Positions 1 through 10,162 of a stretch of 64,000 nt of DNA are shown piece after piece. The first letter of the stretch is position 1. The number at the start of each line of letters is the position of its first letter. The position numbers and the translations under genes were made by a program. Under the pieces are notes generated by a model, which did not search any database, was not told the DNA's origin, and was given only the letters and a program-made list of their open reading frames with translations. Source of the DNA: Thermodesulfobacteriota bacterium. GTDB lineage: Bacteria; Desulfobacterota_D; UBA1144. Where the stretch lies: contig JAYYZJ010000005.1 in NCBI GenBank assembly GCA_036340075.1, positions 101,980-165,979 on the forward strand. The letters are read 5' to 3'.

Positions 1-754
1 AGCATATGGTTCGAATCCATTTGGAATTAGAATTGGCCAAGATGGTAACAGAAATTTTTCAGCTGTAAAAGTTTGGGATAAGAGAAAATATATTAACTTA
101 GATGACGATATCGAAATAGGAACAAGAAATATTAAGGTTGCTTTAAAGAAATTGAGAAAGTTTGCAAGAATCAATGGTCAAGACGAACTCGACCTAGAAG
201 GAACAATTAATCAGACTGCCAAAAATGGAGGATATGTTGATATCAAAATGCGACCTGAAAGAAAGAATCAAGTAAAAGTTTTATTATTTTTTGATGTAGG
301 CGGATCTATGGATCCACACATTAAGCTCTGTCAAGAATTATTCTCTGCTGCAAAATATGAATTTAAAAACATGGAGTACTATTATTTTCACAATTTTATT
401 TATGAAGGTGTATGGAGAGATAATGACCGGAGAGAAGAGATAATAGACATCCAAAATCTTGTAAACAAATTTGGTAAAGATTATAAAATAATAATAGTTG
501 GTGATGCTTTTATGGGTATATATGAAATTACACATATTAATGGATCAATAGAACACTACAACGAGAAACCTGGTGAATTCTACTTCAGAAGAATGAAAAA
601 CCACTTTGATAAAATTGTATGGCTTAATCCAATTCCAAAAGAAGAATGGGAGTATTCTCAATCTATTGAATACACTAGATATTTAACAGAGAACAAGATG
701 TATAATTTGACTGTTGATGGAATAAGCAAGGCAGTATCCTATCTAGCAAAATAA
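1..754 (+). CDS. VWA-domain protein (CoxE-like), 5'-partial; the frame is open from the window edge
   Basis: Frame 2 has no stop from position 2 to the stop at 754. The motif VLLFFDVGGSM resembles the VWA/MIDAS-like segment of CoxE-family proteins. Confidence 0.5.
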   Translation, partial: AYGSNPFGIRIGQDGNRNFSAVKVWDKRKYINLDDDIEIGTRNIKVALKKLRKFARINGQDELDLEGTINQTAKNGGYVDIKMRPERKNQVKVLLFFDVGGSMDPHIKLCQELFSAAKYEFKNMEYYYFHNFIYEGVWRDNDRREEIIDIQNLVNKFGKDYKIIIVGDAFMGIYEITHINGSIEHYNEKPGEFYFRRMKNHFDKIVWLNPIPKEEWEYSQSIEYTRYLTENKMYNLTVDGISKAVSYLAK

Positions 755-755
755 A

Positions 756-1127
756 TTAACTTTTAATTAATCTAATAAAGAGAAAGACACAAATACCACT
801 CAAGAGAATATTAAGCAAAATATATTTTACAGCTAGCAAGAAAGCTTTTTCGTCAATCATATTAATAAATTCGTAACTAAAAGTTGAGAAAGTTGTAAGT
901 GACCCTAAAAAACCAACAACAAAAAAGATTCTAACACCTTCTCTAAAATCGAATAATTCGGTTAAATAATAAAATAAGCCGATGAGAAGTGAACCAACAA
1001 CATTAACTAAGAGCGTAGAAATGTAAGGTTTAGATGGAAAATTTGAAGTAAAAAAGACATTTGAGAAATATCTAAGAACGGCCCCAAGACCACCTCCTAA
1101 TGCTACAAGTAAAATATTTTGAAACAT
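756..1127 (-). CDS. crcB: fluoride ion channel CrcB/FluC
   Basis: 123 aa. GGGLGAVLRY and GFLGSLTTFSTF motifs and four TM segments are typical of the CrcB family. Confidence 0.85.
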   Translation of the reverse strand: MFQNILLVALGGGLGAVLRYFSNVFFTSNFPSKPYISTLLVNVVGSLLIGLFYYLTELFDFREGVRIFFVVGFLGSLTTFSTFSYEFINMIDEKAFLLAVKYILLNILLSGICVFLFIRLIKS

Positions 1128-1143
1128 TTAATTTTCTCTCTTT

Positions 1144-2217
1144 TTACAAGCCAAAATTCTTTTTTGTCCATACTGTATAAATTGGAGCACCAAGTGTTGA
1201 CTCGTAATCAACTTTTTCAACTGCTATTTCTTCTATTTGAAACAATTCAGGAGACTTACTTTTTAAAACTTCTATTTCTTTATAAATAGAATAAATTGAT
1301 TTCCAGGTCGCAACAATCTTAATTTTTGGCTCTTTTTTGTCTGGCTTTAATCTATTATGTGCCCATGCGATATAAGATGAAACCACTAAATCTAAATTCT
1401 GGTAATTAAAGTTCGTTCTTAAAGCAGTTTGATTAGGAATTTGAGATTTTTCAAATATTGTTTTAAAAATCTTAGTCCAATATTTTTCTTTATTCTTAAG
1501 AACTTTTTCTTCTTCAATTTCTCTTGAATATGATGAAAGTTGAGCTCTTATTGAATCAAATAAATTAAAAAATATATGTGGACATTCAGGATTAAAAGTA
1601 ATGAAATTTGATTCTTTATTTCTATCCTTATATGTATCTTCCCTTTTATAATTATAATAATGAGCTAACCCATTTCCATAAGGCCAGAACTCAAACATTG
1701 GCATCCTAGCGCTTATTATTCTGTTACAAGTGTCTAGATAGTATTTAACAATTTTCTTTTGTTTTTCATCTAAATCACCAGTAAAAAGCATCAGTCTCCA
1801 ATACATAAGAGCTTTATAAATAATATTCGTCTCTACTGGTAAATCTTTTTCTTTGGCAAAATCCCAATTCTTTAGTGTATAAAAGAAAAATTTTGGTTGT
1901 CTTGTATCAATAAAATCTATCAAAGATGGAACCTTGCAAGTAAGAGGATTTGCTAAATTGGGTGGATGTAAATCTTTTAAAGAGCCCCACTTATATTGTT
2001 TCTCAGCCTTCAAGTCAGTTCTTGCAACAATCTTCCAACCAAGTTCAGCTGAACCCCTTTTATATTTTGATGTTCTAGCTCCATATCTTGCAGCATGTTC
2101 GTCTTTGTGAAATTCTTGTAATTTTTGTTCATCAGTCATTCCCTTTTGGCTCTTATCTTTCCAAAATTTGTTGGCATAACCGATGGTTTTCCTTAATCCA
2201 TTGTCATCTGAACTCAT
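1144..2217 (-). CDS. hypothetical protein, 357 aa, no recognisable family
   Basis: Long ORF with coding-like composition. Trp/Tyr-rich soluble protein with no conserved motif I recognise. Confidence 0.5.
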   Translation of the reverse strand: MSSDDNGLRKTIGYANKFWKDKSQKGMTDEQKLQEFHKDEHAARYGARTSKYKRGSAELGWKIVARTDLKAEKQYKWGSLKDLHPPNLANPLTCKVPSLIDFIDTRQPKFFFYTLKNWDFAKEKDLPVETNIIYKALMYWRLMLFTGDLDEKQKKIVKYYLDTCNRIISARMPMFEFWPYGNGLAHYYNYKREDTYKDRNKESNFITFNPECPHIFFNLFDSIRAQLSSYSREIEEEKVLKNKEKYWTKIFKTIFEKSQIPNQTALRTNFNYQNLDLVVSSYIAWAHNRLKPDKKEPKIKIVATWKSIYSIYKEIEVLKSKSPELFQIEEIAVEKVDYESTLGAPIYTVWTKKNFGL

Positions 2218-2256
2218 ATAGAAAATTTTACATGAAATTACGTATAAAATTAAATT

Positions 2257-2631
2257 CTAAACTTTCTTGAAAGATAAAGATGCGGAATTAATACAATATC
2301 TAACTCCAGTTGGTTCTGGGCCATCTCCAAAAACATGTCCTAAATGAGCACCGCATTTCTTACAGCTAACCTCTATCCTAACCATGGCATGGGAAGTATC
2401 TTCTTGGAATAGAATATTATCATTATTGATCGAATCAAAAAAACTTGGCCAACCTGTACCTGAATCAAATTTTTTTGATGAATCAAAAAGATCTATATTG
2501 CAACAAACACATTTATAGACTCCTTTTTCTTTATTTTCATGATATTCACCAGTAAAAGGTGGTTCGGTTCCACACTCTTGAGTAACATGGTATTGAATAT
2601 CGGTAAGCTTAGCTTTTAGTTCCTTATTCAA
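2257..2631 (-). CDS. msrB: peptide-methionine (R)-S-oxide reductase MsrB
   Basis: 124 aa. Two CxxC pairs ([16 protein letters not shown]), GWPSF and the catalytic RYCINS motif. Confidence 0.9.
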   Translation of the reverse strand: MNKELKAKLTDIQYHVTQECGTEPPFTGEYHENKEKGVYKCVCCNIDLFDSSKKFDSGTGWPSFFDSINNDNILFQEDTSHAMVRIEVSCKKCGAHLGHVFGDGPEPTGVRYCINSASLSFKKV

Positions 2632-2633
2632 AA

Positions 2634-2999
2634 CTATAAGTCCAATTCCTTTGATAAAAATTTGATAATATCTTTTGACTCATACATCCATTTAACATTG
2701 TTTGGAGACTCTTCAATTTTAAGACATGGTACTTGCAATTTTCCTCCACCAGATATAAGTTCATCAGCATAATCTTTATTTCTTTTTGCATCTTTAGTAT
2801 TAATTGCAATATTGTTTTTTTTCATAAATCTTCGCACCATTACACAAAAAGGGCATGCTCTAAACTCATAAAGTGTCAGATTTGATGAATAATTAGCAAT
2901 CATATCAATCTTATCTTGTGTCATAGCTATAGGCTTGGGTGAAGTAAGAAAATCTAAAAATAAGATTATTTTTCCTAAAACAAATCTAACTATTCCCAT
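2634..2999 (-). CDS. glutaredoxin-like protein
   Basis: CPFC active-site motif in a thioredoxin-fold-length protein. Hydrophobic N-terminal 25 aa; an internal Met start would give about 95 aa. Confidence 0.55.
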   Translation of the reverse strand: MGIVRFVLGKIILFLDFLTSPKPIAMTQDKIDMIANYSSNLTLYEFRACPFCVMVRRFMKKNNIAINTKDAKRNKDYADELISGGGKLQVPCLKIEESPNNVKWMYESKDIIKFLSKELDL

Positions 3000-3006
3000 A
3001 ATAACC

Positions 3007-3417
3007 TTAACCAGGCAATGAGCCTAGCGCCAAACCAACATTTTCCAATAAGATTTTAGCTTCTTCTGAAACTTCTTTGTTGTCATCTAAAGTTAAATTT
3101 CTCCAATGCTTAACAGTGTCAGCAAAGATAGTCTCTACAAAAGGGTTACAAGTGTCAAAATCTAATTCGGAATTCCAAGTTTCTAGAGCTATAAAAAAAT
3201 ATCCTGGCATTTTTTTATTGTAATATTTTGCAAGATATGGGTTTTTTCTTGCGAAAGCTTCCCATTCGCTTATCTCCATTGTTCTAATTTCCTTGGGGAA
3301 ATATTCTTTTTTATCATAGAGCTTATATTTCTTCATATATGATTCAGCATCTTTCTCGCTAATCATAGTTCTTCCGATAACTGATGCCTGAGAACCAGGA
3401 CCACAGGATTGTGTCAT
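3007..3417 (-). CDS. hypothetical protein, 136 aa
   Basis: ORF 8 nt upstream of the glutaredoxin-like gene on the same strand. No family recognised. Confidence 0.4.
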   Translation of the reverse strand: MTQSCGPGSQASVIGRTMISEKDAESYMKKYKLYDKKEYFPKEIRTMEISEWEAFARKNPYLAKYYNKKMPGYFFIALETWNSELDFDTCNPFVETIFADTVKHWRNLTLDDNKEVSEEAKILLENVGLALGSLPG

Positions 3418-3534
3418 AACATTAATAATGTATTATAAGATGTGAAATGATTCAAGAAACAATTCTTTTATATTTTTCTATTACCTTAGTGATAATGATA
3501 ATAGTTATAATTTATTTAATAAGGCGATAATACA

Positions 3535-3951
3535 ATGTGGACTTGCATTCATACCTGGAAAAGATCTTCGATTAATACTTTATGGTGTTTGTTTGGTTGC
3601 TCAATAGGAGATTTGGGCACTATATGGTTTTTTCAGAATAATCATTATGAAATAAATGATTTAGAGATAATGTTATTAGCAATGATTAATGGATTAATTA
3701 CAAGTTTTACTATAGAAACAATAGTTCTATTAAAATCAATGAATCTTAAATTTGCTATAAAAACAGCTTTTGGAATGAGCATAATCAGTATGATTGCTAT
3801 GGAAATTGCCATGAATTATACTGATTTTGTATTAAATGGTGCAGCAATAATTAATCTTGAGACTCTTCCTTTAGTATTAATAGCAGGCTTTATCGTTCCT
3901 TTGCCATATAACTATTGGAAATTAAAAACAACTGGTGTAAGTTGTCACTAG
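3535..3951 (+). CDS. small integral membrane protein (4 predicted TM)
   Basis: 138 aa with a strongly hydrophobic periodicity. No family recognised. Confidence 0.45.
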   Translation: MWTCIHTWKRSSINTLWCLFGCSIGDLGTIWFFQNNHYEINDLEIMLLAMINGLITSFTIETIVLLKSMNLKFAIKTAFGMSIISMIAMEIAMNYTDFVLNGAAIINLETLPLVLIAGFIVPLPYNYWKLKTTGVSCH

Positions 3952-3953
3952 AA

Positions 3954-4544
3954 TTAGGCGCTTTTAAGTTCTCGGATTTGTCTTTCTTCTTCTGTGAAAA
4001 CACCGTCAGCCACTGGAATAATTGAAGGAATCAAAGCTCCGCCTATACGAAGGAAATATTTCTCAAGCATTTCCTGAGTTTCTGACGCATAAAAAGAAGC
4101 CCTATGAAAAGTTAGATAGCTTCTCCAGTTATTGATTGTCGACCAAACAACAGTAGGTGGTGATACAACTTGTAAATCTTCGTTAGGTGTTCCAACGTGG
4201 GCCATTTGTAAAATGGTTATATCAATTATTTCATCCCCAACAATTGATTTTGGATCCCAGTTTTCTAAATCTTCTATAATTCTTCCTTGTAAAATAGTGT
4301 AATCATGCATAATGGCTTCGATTAATTTATCAGGGTTCCTATCTCTAAGATATTCTTCAAGGCAATCATAGGCAACTAGCTTAAAGGGATTGTTTGTATG
4401 ATAACCTTCGCCTTTGTCGCTTATTTGCTGAACATTACCCTTAATCTGAGGACGAAACAAAGTTTTTTCTAACAATCCTTTAGGAAAAATAGTGTCCTGG
4501 ATTGTGGAATACTTTTTTTGCTTCCAATCTATACCTTGAGCCAT
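3954..4544 (-). CDS. hypothetical protein, 196 aa
   Basis: ORF with coding composition and no recognisable motif. Confidence 0.45.
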   Translation of the reverse strand: MAQGIDWKQKKYSTIQDTIFPKGLLEKTLFRPQIKGNVQQISDKGEGYHTNNPFKLVAYDCLEEYLRDRNPDKLIEAIMHDYTILQGRIIEDLENWDPKSIVGDEIIDITILQMAHVGTPNEDLQVVSPPTVVWSTINNWRSYLTFHRASFYASETQEMLEKYFLRIGGALIPSIIPVADGVFTEEERQIRELKSA

Positions 4545-4719
4545 TTGTTTATATTACTGGGTTTTGTTTGAATTGCAATATTATGAAAATTTAATTTTGT
4601 GTCTATACTACTTATATGAATAAAAAAACAGAGAAAATACTTTTTCTGGTCCTTTTTTTAATAATTTTCATAATAATGGCATATTCCTTATATCAATTAC
4701 CAAACTTGGTGGGTTCGAG

Positions 4720-4968
4720 CTAGTTTTTTCCTTGCCAGTAATCTTTGCACATTTTCCAAATTCTGCTCCGTCCTTCTGACGTTTTTAGATTTTTTAATAT
4801 TTCTAGAGTGAAAGAATAATATTTACGCAATTTTTCTCTACCCTCTGGGGAAGTACTTAGGTACAACGCATAAAGAATAAGAATTGGTGAGAGTATCGGT
4901 ATAGCAAAAGGTAATGAGAGTATAAATATTATTGCTCTGTTGATTTGTTTTTTAAACTTCTTATACAT
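4720..4968 (-). CDS. small membrane protein, 82 aa
   Basis: Hydrophobic core (IFILSLPFAIPILSPILILYALYL). Ends 4 nt from the upstream YgjP-like gene. Confidence 0.3.
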   Translation of the reverse strand: MYKKFKKQINRAIIFILSLPFAIPILSPILILYALYLSTSPEGREKLRKYYSFTLEILKNLKTSEGRSRIWKMCKDYWQGKN

Positions 4969-4971
4969 TAG

Positions 4972-5736
4972 CTATAAATTAAATTCAAGCTGGATACTTT
5001 TGTCTTCCTTAGTATTCTCTTTTGATGACTTAGATTTAGCAATAGTGCCAGTTTCATTCTTAAACATAGCACAAATATGAGAATTCTTATCTAGCCAATT
5101 TTCATATTTAATATAGTCTGGCATCATCTGTTCTACTTTGCTCCAATAATCATCTGAATGGTCACGCATCATCACATGCGCTAGCTCATGAACAACCAGA
5201 TAAGTTAAGACGTCAATTGGGACCAATATTGATCTCCAGCTAAAATTCAAAATTCCATTTCCTGTGCAGGAACCCCACTGTGAATAAGCATTAGAAATTA
5301 TAATTTTTTCATATCCAATATTATAGAGTTTAGAATATTGATCAGTTATTTCAGCAATATGTTCTTTTGCCTTTTCTTTGTACCAATCAATAAAAATCTT
5401 ATTTGCAAATTTAATATAAGAACTAGATAGATAAAATATTCCCTCAGAATAATGTAGCGGTATAGATTGTTCGCTTACTATCCTTAATGGTCTTTCTTTT
5501 CCTAGAAATAGAAATTTTTCACCTTCTTCGTACTTTTTATGTAAATCATTTAAATATCTAACTTTTGCTATTTGTTGAGTTCTTAAAAGATAAAACTTTT
5601 TTGAATCTAAAAAATCTTGAATGGATTCCATTGTCTCTTCTATAGGAGCTCTGACAATAATGTAGCCTTCTACGGAAATTTGTACTTCTAAATTTTTCCT
5701 ATCAGACCTAATAATTTGATCTATTTTGACTGACAT
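4972..5736 (-). CDS. YgjP/DUF45-family metal-dependent hydrolase (M48-like, HExxH)
   Basis: WGSC...LVVHELAHVMMRDHSDDYW matches the conserved YgjP/SprT-like zinc-binding segment. Confidence 0.7.
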   Translation of the reverse strand: MSVKIDQIIRSDRKNLEVQISVEGYIIVRAPIEETMESIQDFLDSKKFYLLRTQQIAKVRYLNDLHKKYEEGEKFLFLGKERPLRIVSEQSIPLHYSEGIFYLSSSYIKFANKIFIDWYKEKAKEHIAEITDQYSKLYNIGYEKIIISNAYSQWGSCTGNGILNFSWRSILVPIDVLTYLVVHELAHVMMRDHSDDYWSKVEQMMPDYIKYENWLDKNSHICAMFKNETGTIAKSKSSKENTKEDKSIQLEFNL

Positions 5737-5803
5737 TTTAGGTCACTATAACACATAAAATAAGGAAAAATCAAAAAAATTATAATAATTATAGATATTT
5801 ATA

Positions 5804-6106
5804 TTAAGATAGAATTATGAAAACTGCTGTCAAAAGTATTCCGAAAACTAGTCCAACTACTGTCCCTGTAAGTAACTCTTTCTGTTCCCTCGAAATAGAT
5901 GGGGGCTCCGGAAACTTGTCAGTTTCTAGAAACTCAAATAATCCTATATGAGAAAAGATTAAGATACCTGGTACAGAAAAAGCAACAACTAGCATTATTA
6001 TCTTGCCAATCAAAGGGACAGTTTCATAAAAAACTGGTTCGGCACTAATACATAGATTAGGAAATAAAAGGGTAAATGCTAAAAAAAAGGCAAACTTTAT
6101 TCTCAT
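5804..6106 (-). CDS. small membrane protein with signal peptide
   Basis: 100 aa. N-terminal signal-like segment plus two hydrophobic helices. Confidence 0.35.
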   Translation of the reverse strand: MRIKFAFFLAFTLLFPNLCISAEPVFYETVPLIGKIIMLVVAFSVPGILIFSHIGLFEFLETDKFPEPPSISREQKELLTGTVVGLVFGILLTAVFIILS

Positions 6107-6150
6107 ATAAGTAATTTGAATTATAATTACAAATATAGGAAAATCAATAC

Positions 6151-6897
6151 ATGCCCTCTTGCTATCTCCAGATTTATGAGAACCTCAAAGAAATAGAAGA
6201 TAAAGATTATTGGAAAGAGTATATAGATTTTTATGAAGATTACTGGGGTGGACCAACATCTCCATATGGAGTTTGGTTTGGCAATGAATATTCAGTATTC
6301 CAAGACACTCTTTCTGACTTTTTATCAGTAGAAAAAAAAGATTTAAAAGAGTGTTTATTTATAAAAGATAACGAAGACTATTATGTATGCCCAAATGGAA
6401 TCAAAAAAGGAGACAGCCCCTACTCTTTCCTTGTTAATAACGTTATTCCACTTCATTGGTTCTTTCTTTTTGCAGAAAATCAGAAAAAAGTCTTCAAAAC
6501 TCATTGGGGTTTTGGCGCAATCCACTATACTAGCAATATTAATTCAGCAACAAAAATGATTGATGATTTTATACCCCTAAAAGAAAAAGTAGCTAATGAA
6601 AATGAGAATCTATATAACTTTATTAGTGCAATAATTGATGATATGGCACATATACAAAATTGGTTTAAGCATTTTTCAAAAAAAAGTAAGGTTATATTGA
6701 ATTATGGTGACTTGCTGATATCTTTCCCTCCTAATACTTTAGATAAAGAAGATTCAGTAAAAATAATAACGGATTTTAAGTACACATTGAGCAAACAACA
6801 GTATTCAGAAGCACTTAGTTTAATTGAATTTCTAATAAACAGATGGTCAAAAATAGAATTTGCAAATCAAAAAGATATTACCAAATCAACTAATTAA
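6151..6897 (+). CDS. hypothetical protein, 248 aa
   Basis: ORF with coding composition. Convergent with the two unknown genes downstream of fumC. Confidence 0.5.
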   Translation: MPSCYLQIYENLKEIEDKDYWKEYIDFYEDYWGGPTSPYGVWFGNEYSVFQDTLSDFLSVEKKDLKECLFIKDNEDYYVCPNGIKKGDSPYSFLVNNVIPLHWFFLFAENQKKVFKTHWGFGAIHYTSNINSATKMIDDFIPLKEKVANENENLYNFISAIIDDMAHIQNWFKHFSKKSKVILNYGDLLISFPPNTLDKEDSVKIITDFKYTLSKQQYSEALSLIEFLINRWSKIEFANQKDITKSTN

Positions 6898-7578
6898 TTT
6901 TTCAATCTTTTTCATTGGTATTAATTTTGGTGGAACGAGACGTTGGTCTTCATTTTTAACAAAATCATTTTTATACTCCAAGCTCCATTTATAACTTAAA
7001 AAGTATTGAGTTATAATTAATGACAATTCTTTGGTATTCTTAATCTTAGACCATTCGTCAATTTTACTTTCCATAGGTATTATTCTCGCTTTTCCAGGAT
7101 TAAACAAAGTTCTTAATGCGAAGTTTCTTTCTTCAATTGATTTTGGTTTTAATTCTTTACGCATGTCAGATAACATTTTGTGAATATACTTAAAAGTTCC
7201 AACTATGTGCTCTTTATTGAATGGCAATGAATTATTTCTTTTTTTATTAAGATCATCATCTCCTAGACCTTGAGCAAATTCTTTCAAACTAACTTTGTCT
7301 TCTTTGTTTGGATACTTAGATTGTAATGCCCAAGCAATAACTTGTAATCTAACAGTTGGATGATCAAGTACACAAGGATGCTCTCTGATTGCTAATGCTA
7401 AGTGCAAGGGTTTTCTTGTTGTCTGAAAATCTCTAAAATATTTACAAAAGAACAACCAAGATAAAATTCCTGTTTTCCCTTCGTGGACCTGCTCTACAAA
7501 CTTTTTTATCTCAACAAAGAATTTATCGCTTAATATTTCTGCATCAATCCAAGCATCACTTTTCTTTTTCGTTTTCAT
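6886..7578 (-). CDS. hypothetical protein, 230 aa (last gene of the fumC operon)
   Basis: Same strand, 36 nt after the upstream unknown gene. No family recognised. Confidence 0.5.
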   Translation of the reverse strand: MKTKKKSDAWIDAEILSDKFFVEIKKFVEQVHEGKTGILSWLFFCKYFRDFQTTRKPLHLALAIREHPCVLDHPTVRLQVIAWALQSKYPNKEDKVSLKEFAQGLGDDDLNKKRNNSLPFNKEHIVGTFKYIHKMLSDMRKELKPKSIEERNFALRTLFNPGKARIIPMESKIDEWSKIKNTKELSLIITQYFLSYKWSLEYKNDFVKNEDQRLVPPKLIPMKKIEKLIS

Positions 7579-7614
7579 AGCTTAGATTCTAACACAAAAG
7601 TTTAAGTATAAAAT

Positions 7615-8349
7615 TTATATCAGTTTCATTCTTACTGATATAGACTGGTAAGTCGTTTTATATTTGTTAGCAAGAATATGAAGAACGATTTTATCAACGG
7701 AATCAATCTCTTCCCACTCTTTTGCTGCAACTACTCCTGTATAAGGAATAGATGTTTTTGTATAGGTAGTCACAAACCTGCTTAAAGCTTCATCTATCAT
7801 GATTGAATTAATTTGGTTTGATAAAAATAATTCTCCATTTTTCTTTCCCTTCTTAGGTTCGATATAAACTGGATAATATTTTATTAAGAATTTCTCTAAT
7901 TTGTTTTTCAGTGAATTAAATTCTAGCAGAAGTTTCGAATCTGAAGGGAAACCTTCGGCTTTAAGACCATAGTAAACCAACTTTGATACAGATCCTGAGG
8001 AGGCAGCATTAAATATTTCTTTTAACCAGTTTTTAGCATCTAGCCACCTTTCAAAATTCTTTTTCGATTTTGTGTCTGTCTTTGAATCTTCCAATTCATT
8101 AAGTGTAGAATGAAGTAGATTTACAACAATCTTAACTTTAGACTCTCTTTCGATTGTTAAGTCATCTTTCCAACCTTTAACATAATTTTCGTCATATAGA
8201 ATTCTAGGCTCTAATCTAATCTGATTAACTATGTTATTAAGAAGTTCTTTCTCTTTGAGAATATCCGGGAAATATTTATCCTTAAAATATTCAACACTGA
8301 CTGAGATATCTTCTATATTTGATATTTTAGTTTTTAGCTTCTTTTTCAT
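7615..8349 (-). CDS. hypothetical protein, 244 aa, translationally coupled to fumC
   Basis: Start codon overlaps the fumC stop by 1 nt (ATGA-type overlap at 8349). No family recognised. Confidence 0.5.
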   Translation of the reverse strand: MKKKLKTKISNIEDISVSVEYFKDKYFPDILKEKELLNNIVNQIRLEPRILYDENYVKGWKDDLTIERESKVKIVVNLLHSTLNELEDSKTDTKSKKNFERWLDAKNWLKEIFNAASSGSVSKLVYYGLKAEGFPSDSKLLLEFNSLKNKLEKFLIKYYPVYIEPKKGKKNGELFLSNQINSIMIDEALSRFVTTYTKTSIPYTGVVAAKEWEEIDSVDKIVLHILANKYKTTYQSISVRMKLI

Positions 8350-9737
8350 TACAAACTAGGCTTCACCATCTTTTTTGGGTTTAAGATATCATCAGCCTTT
8401 CTTTTCTCTAATATATTTTCTTCGTAAACTATCTCTCTAACAGTCTTTCCTTCTGCAAAAGCTTTTTTTGCAACAGCTGCAGCTTTATCATATCCAATTA
8501 CTGGAGCCAAGCTAGTACACATGGCCAAGCTTTCTTCTATATAGCTTTCACACTTCTTTGAGTCCGCCGTGATTCCCGCTACACAGTCTTTAGCAAAAAC
8601 CTTTGATGATGTTGATAAAAGCTCTATTGATTCTAAAATATTATGGGCCATAACTGGCATCATTACATTGAGCTCAAAGTTGCCTGATTGTCCTGCTATA
8701 GAAACAGTTACATCATTACCAATTACTTGAGCACAAACTTGAGTTAATGATTCTGCTAGAACTGGGTTTACTTTTCCGGGCATTATTGAGGATCCAGGCT
8801 GAATCGCTGGAAGACTAATCTCCCCAAAACCACATCTTGGACCACTACCAAGCCATCTAATATCATTCCCTATTTTCATCAAAGAGGTTGCTAAAGTTTT
8901 TAGAGAAGAACTAGTAAGTACTAATGCATCTTTAGATGCTTGAGATTCAAAATGATTTGGAGCTTCTATAAATTTAATACCTATTTTTTTTGATATCTCT
9001 TTGGAGATTCTTTGGGCAAATTTTGGGTGTGAATTTATTCCTGTACCGACAGCTGTTCCACCCTGAGCAAGCTCTCTGAGGCTCTCTGATGATTGAATTA
9101 TAAACTTAATAGATTTTTTTATCATTGCTGCATATCCTGAAAATTCTTGGCCTAATGTAATAGGGGTAGCATCCTGCAAATGAGTTCTTCCTATTTTAAA
9201 AACGGATTTAAATTGATTAGATTTCTTGTTTAATTCCTTTTCAAGAATCTTCAGATTTGGTATTAGCTGATCTGAAATTAACTTCAACGAGGATATATGC
9301 ATCGCGGTTGGTATTACATCATTGCTAGATTGACACAAATTTACATGATCATTTGGGTGGATTTTTTCTTTTCCCTTGTAGTATTTGTTGGCAACTGTTG
9401 CTATTACTTCATTCGCATTCATATTCGTTGATGTTCCAGAACCAGTTTGAAATATATCAACAACAAATTCTGAATCATATTTACCTTTTATAACATCGTT
9501 TGCCGCTCTCATTATTGCATTAGCAATGGATGGTGATATCAACTTTAGATCCTTATTAGATTTAGCAGCTGAAAATTTAATCACACCAAGCGCCTCTATA
9601 AAAGGCCTTTTGAATCTTAAATCACTTATAGGGAAATTATCTATCGCTCTTGCTGTTTGAGCTGCATAAAGTGCCTTCTTCGGAACTTTCATCTTTCCCA
9701 TTGAATCAGATTCTACTCTAAATTGTTTTTTTGACAT
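8349..9737 (-). CDS. fumC: class II fumarate hydratase / aspartate ammonia-lyase family protein (fumarase C-like)
   Basis: 462 aa. GSSIMPGKVNP signature and SGPRCGFGEISLP. N-terminus resembles the FumC/AspA family. Cannot fully separate fumarase from aspartase by eye. Confidence 0.8.
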   Translation of the reverse strand: MSKKQFRVESDSMGKMKVPKKALYAAQTARAIDNFPISDLRFKRPFIEALGVIKFSAAKSNKDLKLISPSIANAIMRAANDVIKGKYDSEFVVDIFQTGSGTSTNMNANEVIATVANKYYKGKEKIHPNDHVNLCQSSNDVIPTAMHISSLKLISDQLIPNLKILEKELNKKSNQFKSVFKIGRTHLQDATPITLGQEFSGYAAMIKKSIKFIIQSSESLRELAQGGTAVGTGINSHPKFAQRISKEISKKIGIKFIEAPNHFESQASKDALVLTSSSLKTLATSLMKIGNDIRWLGSGPRCGFGEISLPAIQPGSSIMPGKVNPVLAESLTQVCAQVIGNDVTVSIAGQSGNFELNVMMPVMAHNILESIELLSTSSKVFAKDCVAGITADSKKCESYIEESLAMCTSLAPVIGYDKAAAVAKKAFAEGKTVREIVYEENILEKRKADDILNPKKMVKPSL

Positions 9738-9838
9738 AAATGAACTTCCTTCTTAGATAAAGATAATATTAATTTTAACTTATTGTGAGAAACTTTAATA
9801 ATTATATTTTTTTATTATAATACTTAACGGAGACTGTT

Positions 9839-10162
9839 ATGAGCAATATTATAGAAACTAATGATAGCGATTTTAAAAAGGAAGTTTTGGAGTCAGACTT
9901 ACCAGTCTTAGTAGACTTCTGGGCACCTTGGTGTGGTCCATGCAAAATGCTCGCACCAACTCTTGAAGAGATATCCGAAGAGAACATAGGCAAAATTAAA
10001 ATAGTTAAAGTTAATGTTGATGAAAATCAACAAACTGCTGCGAATTTTGGTATACAAAGTATACCAACCATGCTTATTTTTGTTAAAGGTGAGCTCAAAG
10101 ATCAGATAGTTGGATCTTTACCTAAACCCCAAATAGAAGAAGCTCTTAAGGATCATATTTAA
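9839..10162 (+). CDS. trxA: thioredoxin
   Basis: 107 aa. WCGPC active site with typical thioredoxin length and flanking residues. Confidence 0.9.
   Translation: MSNIIETNDSDFKKEVLESDLPVLVDFWAPWCGPCKMLAPTLEEISEENIGKIKIVKVNVDENQQTAANFGIQSIPTMLIFVKGELKDQIVGSLPKPQIEEALKDHI

Noticed and set aside
2624-2809. 61-aa minus-strand ORF overlapping the glutaredoxin-like gene in another frame
   Set aside because: Out-of-frame overlap with a better-supported CDS on the same strand. No distinctive features.
4630-4670. Imperfect hairpin plus T6 on the minus strand downstream of the 82-aa membrane ORF, as a terminator
   Set aside because: The stem has a mismatch and is AT-only, and the ORF it would terminate is itself uncertain. 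Too weak to annotate.
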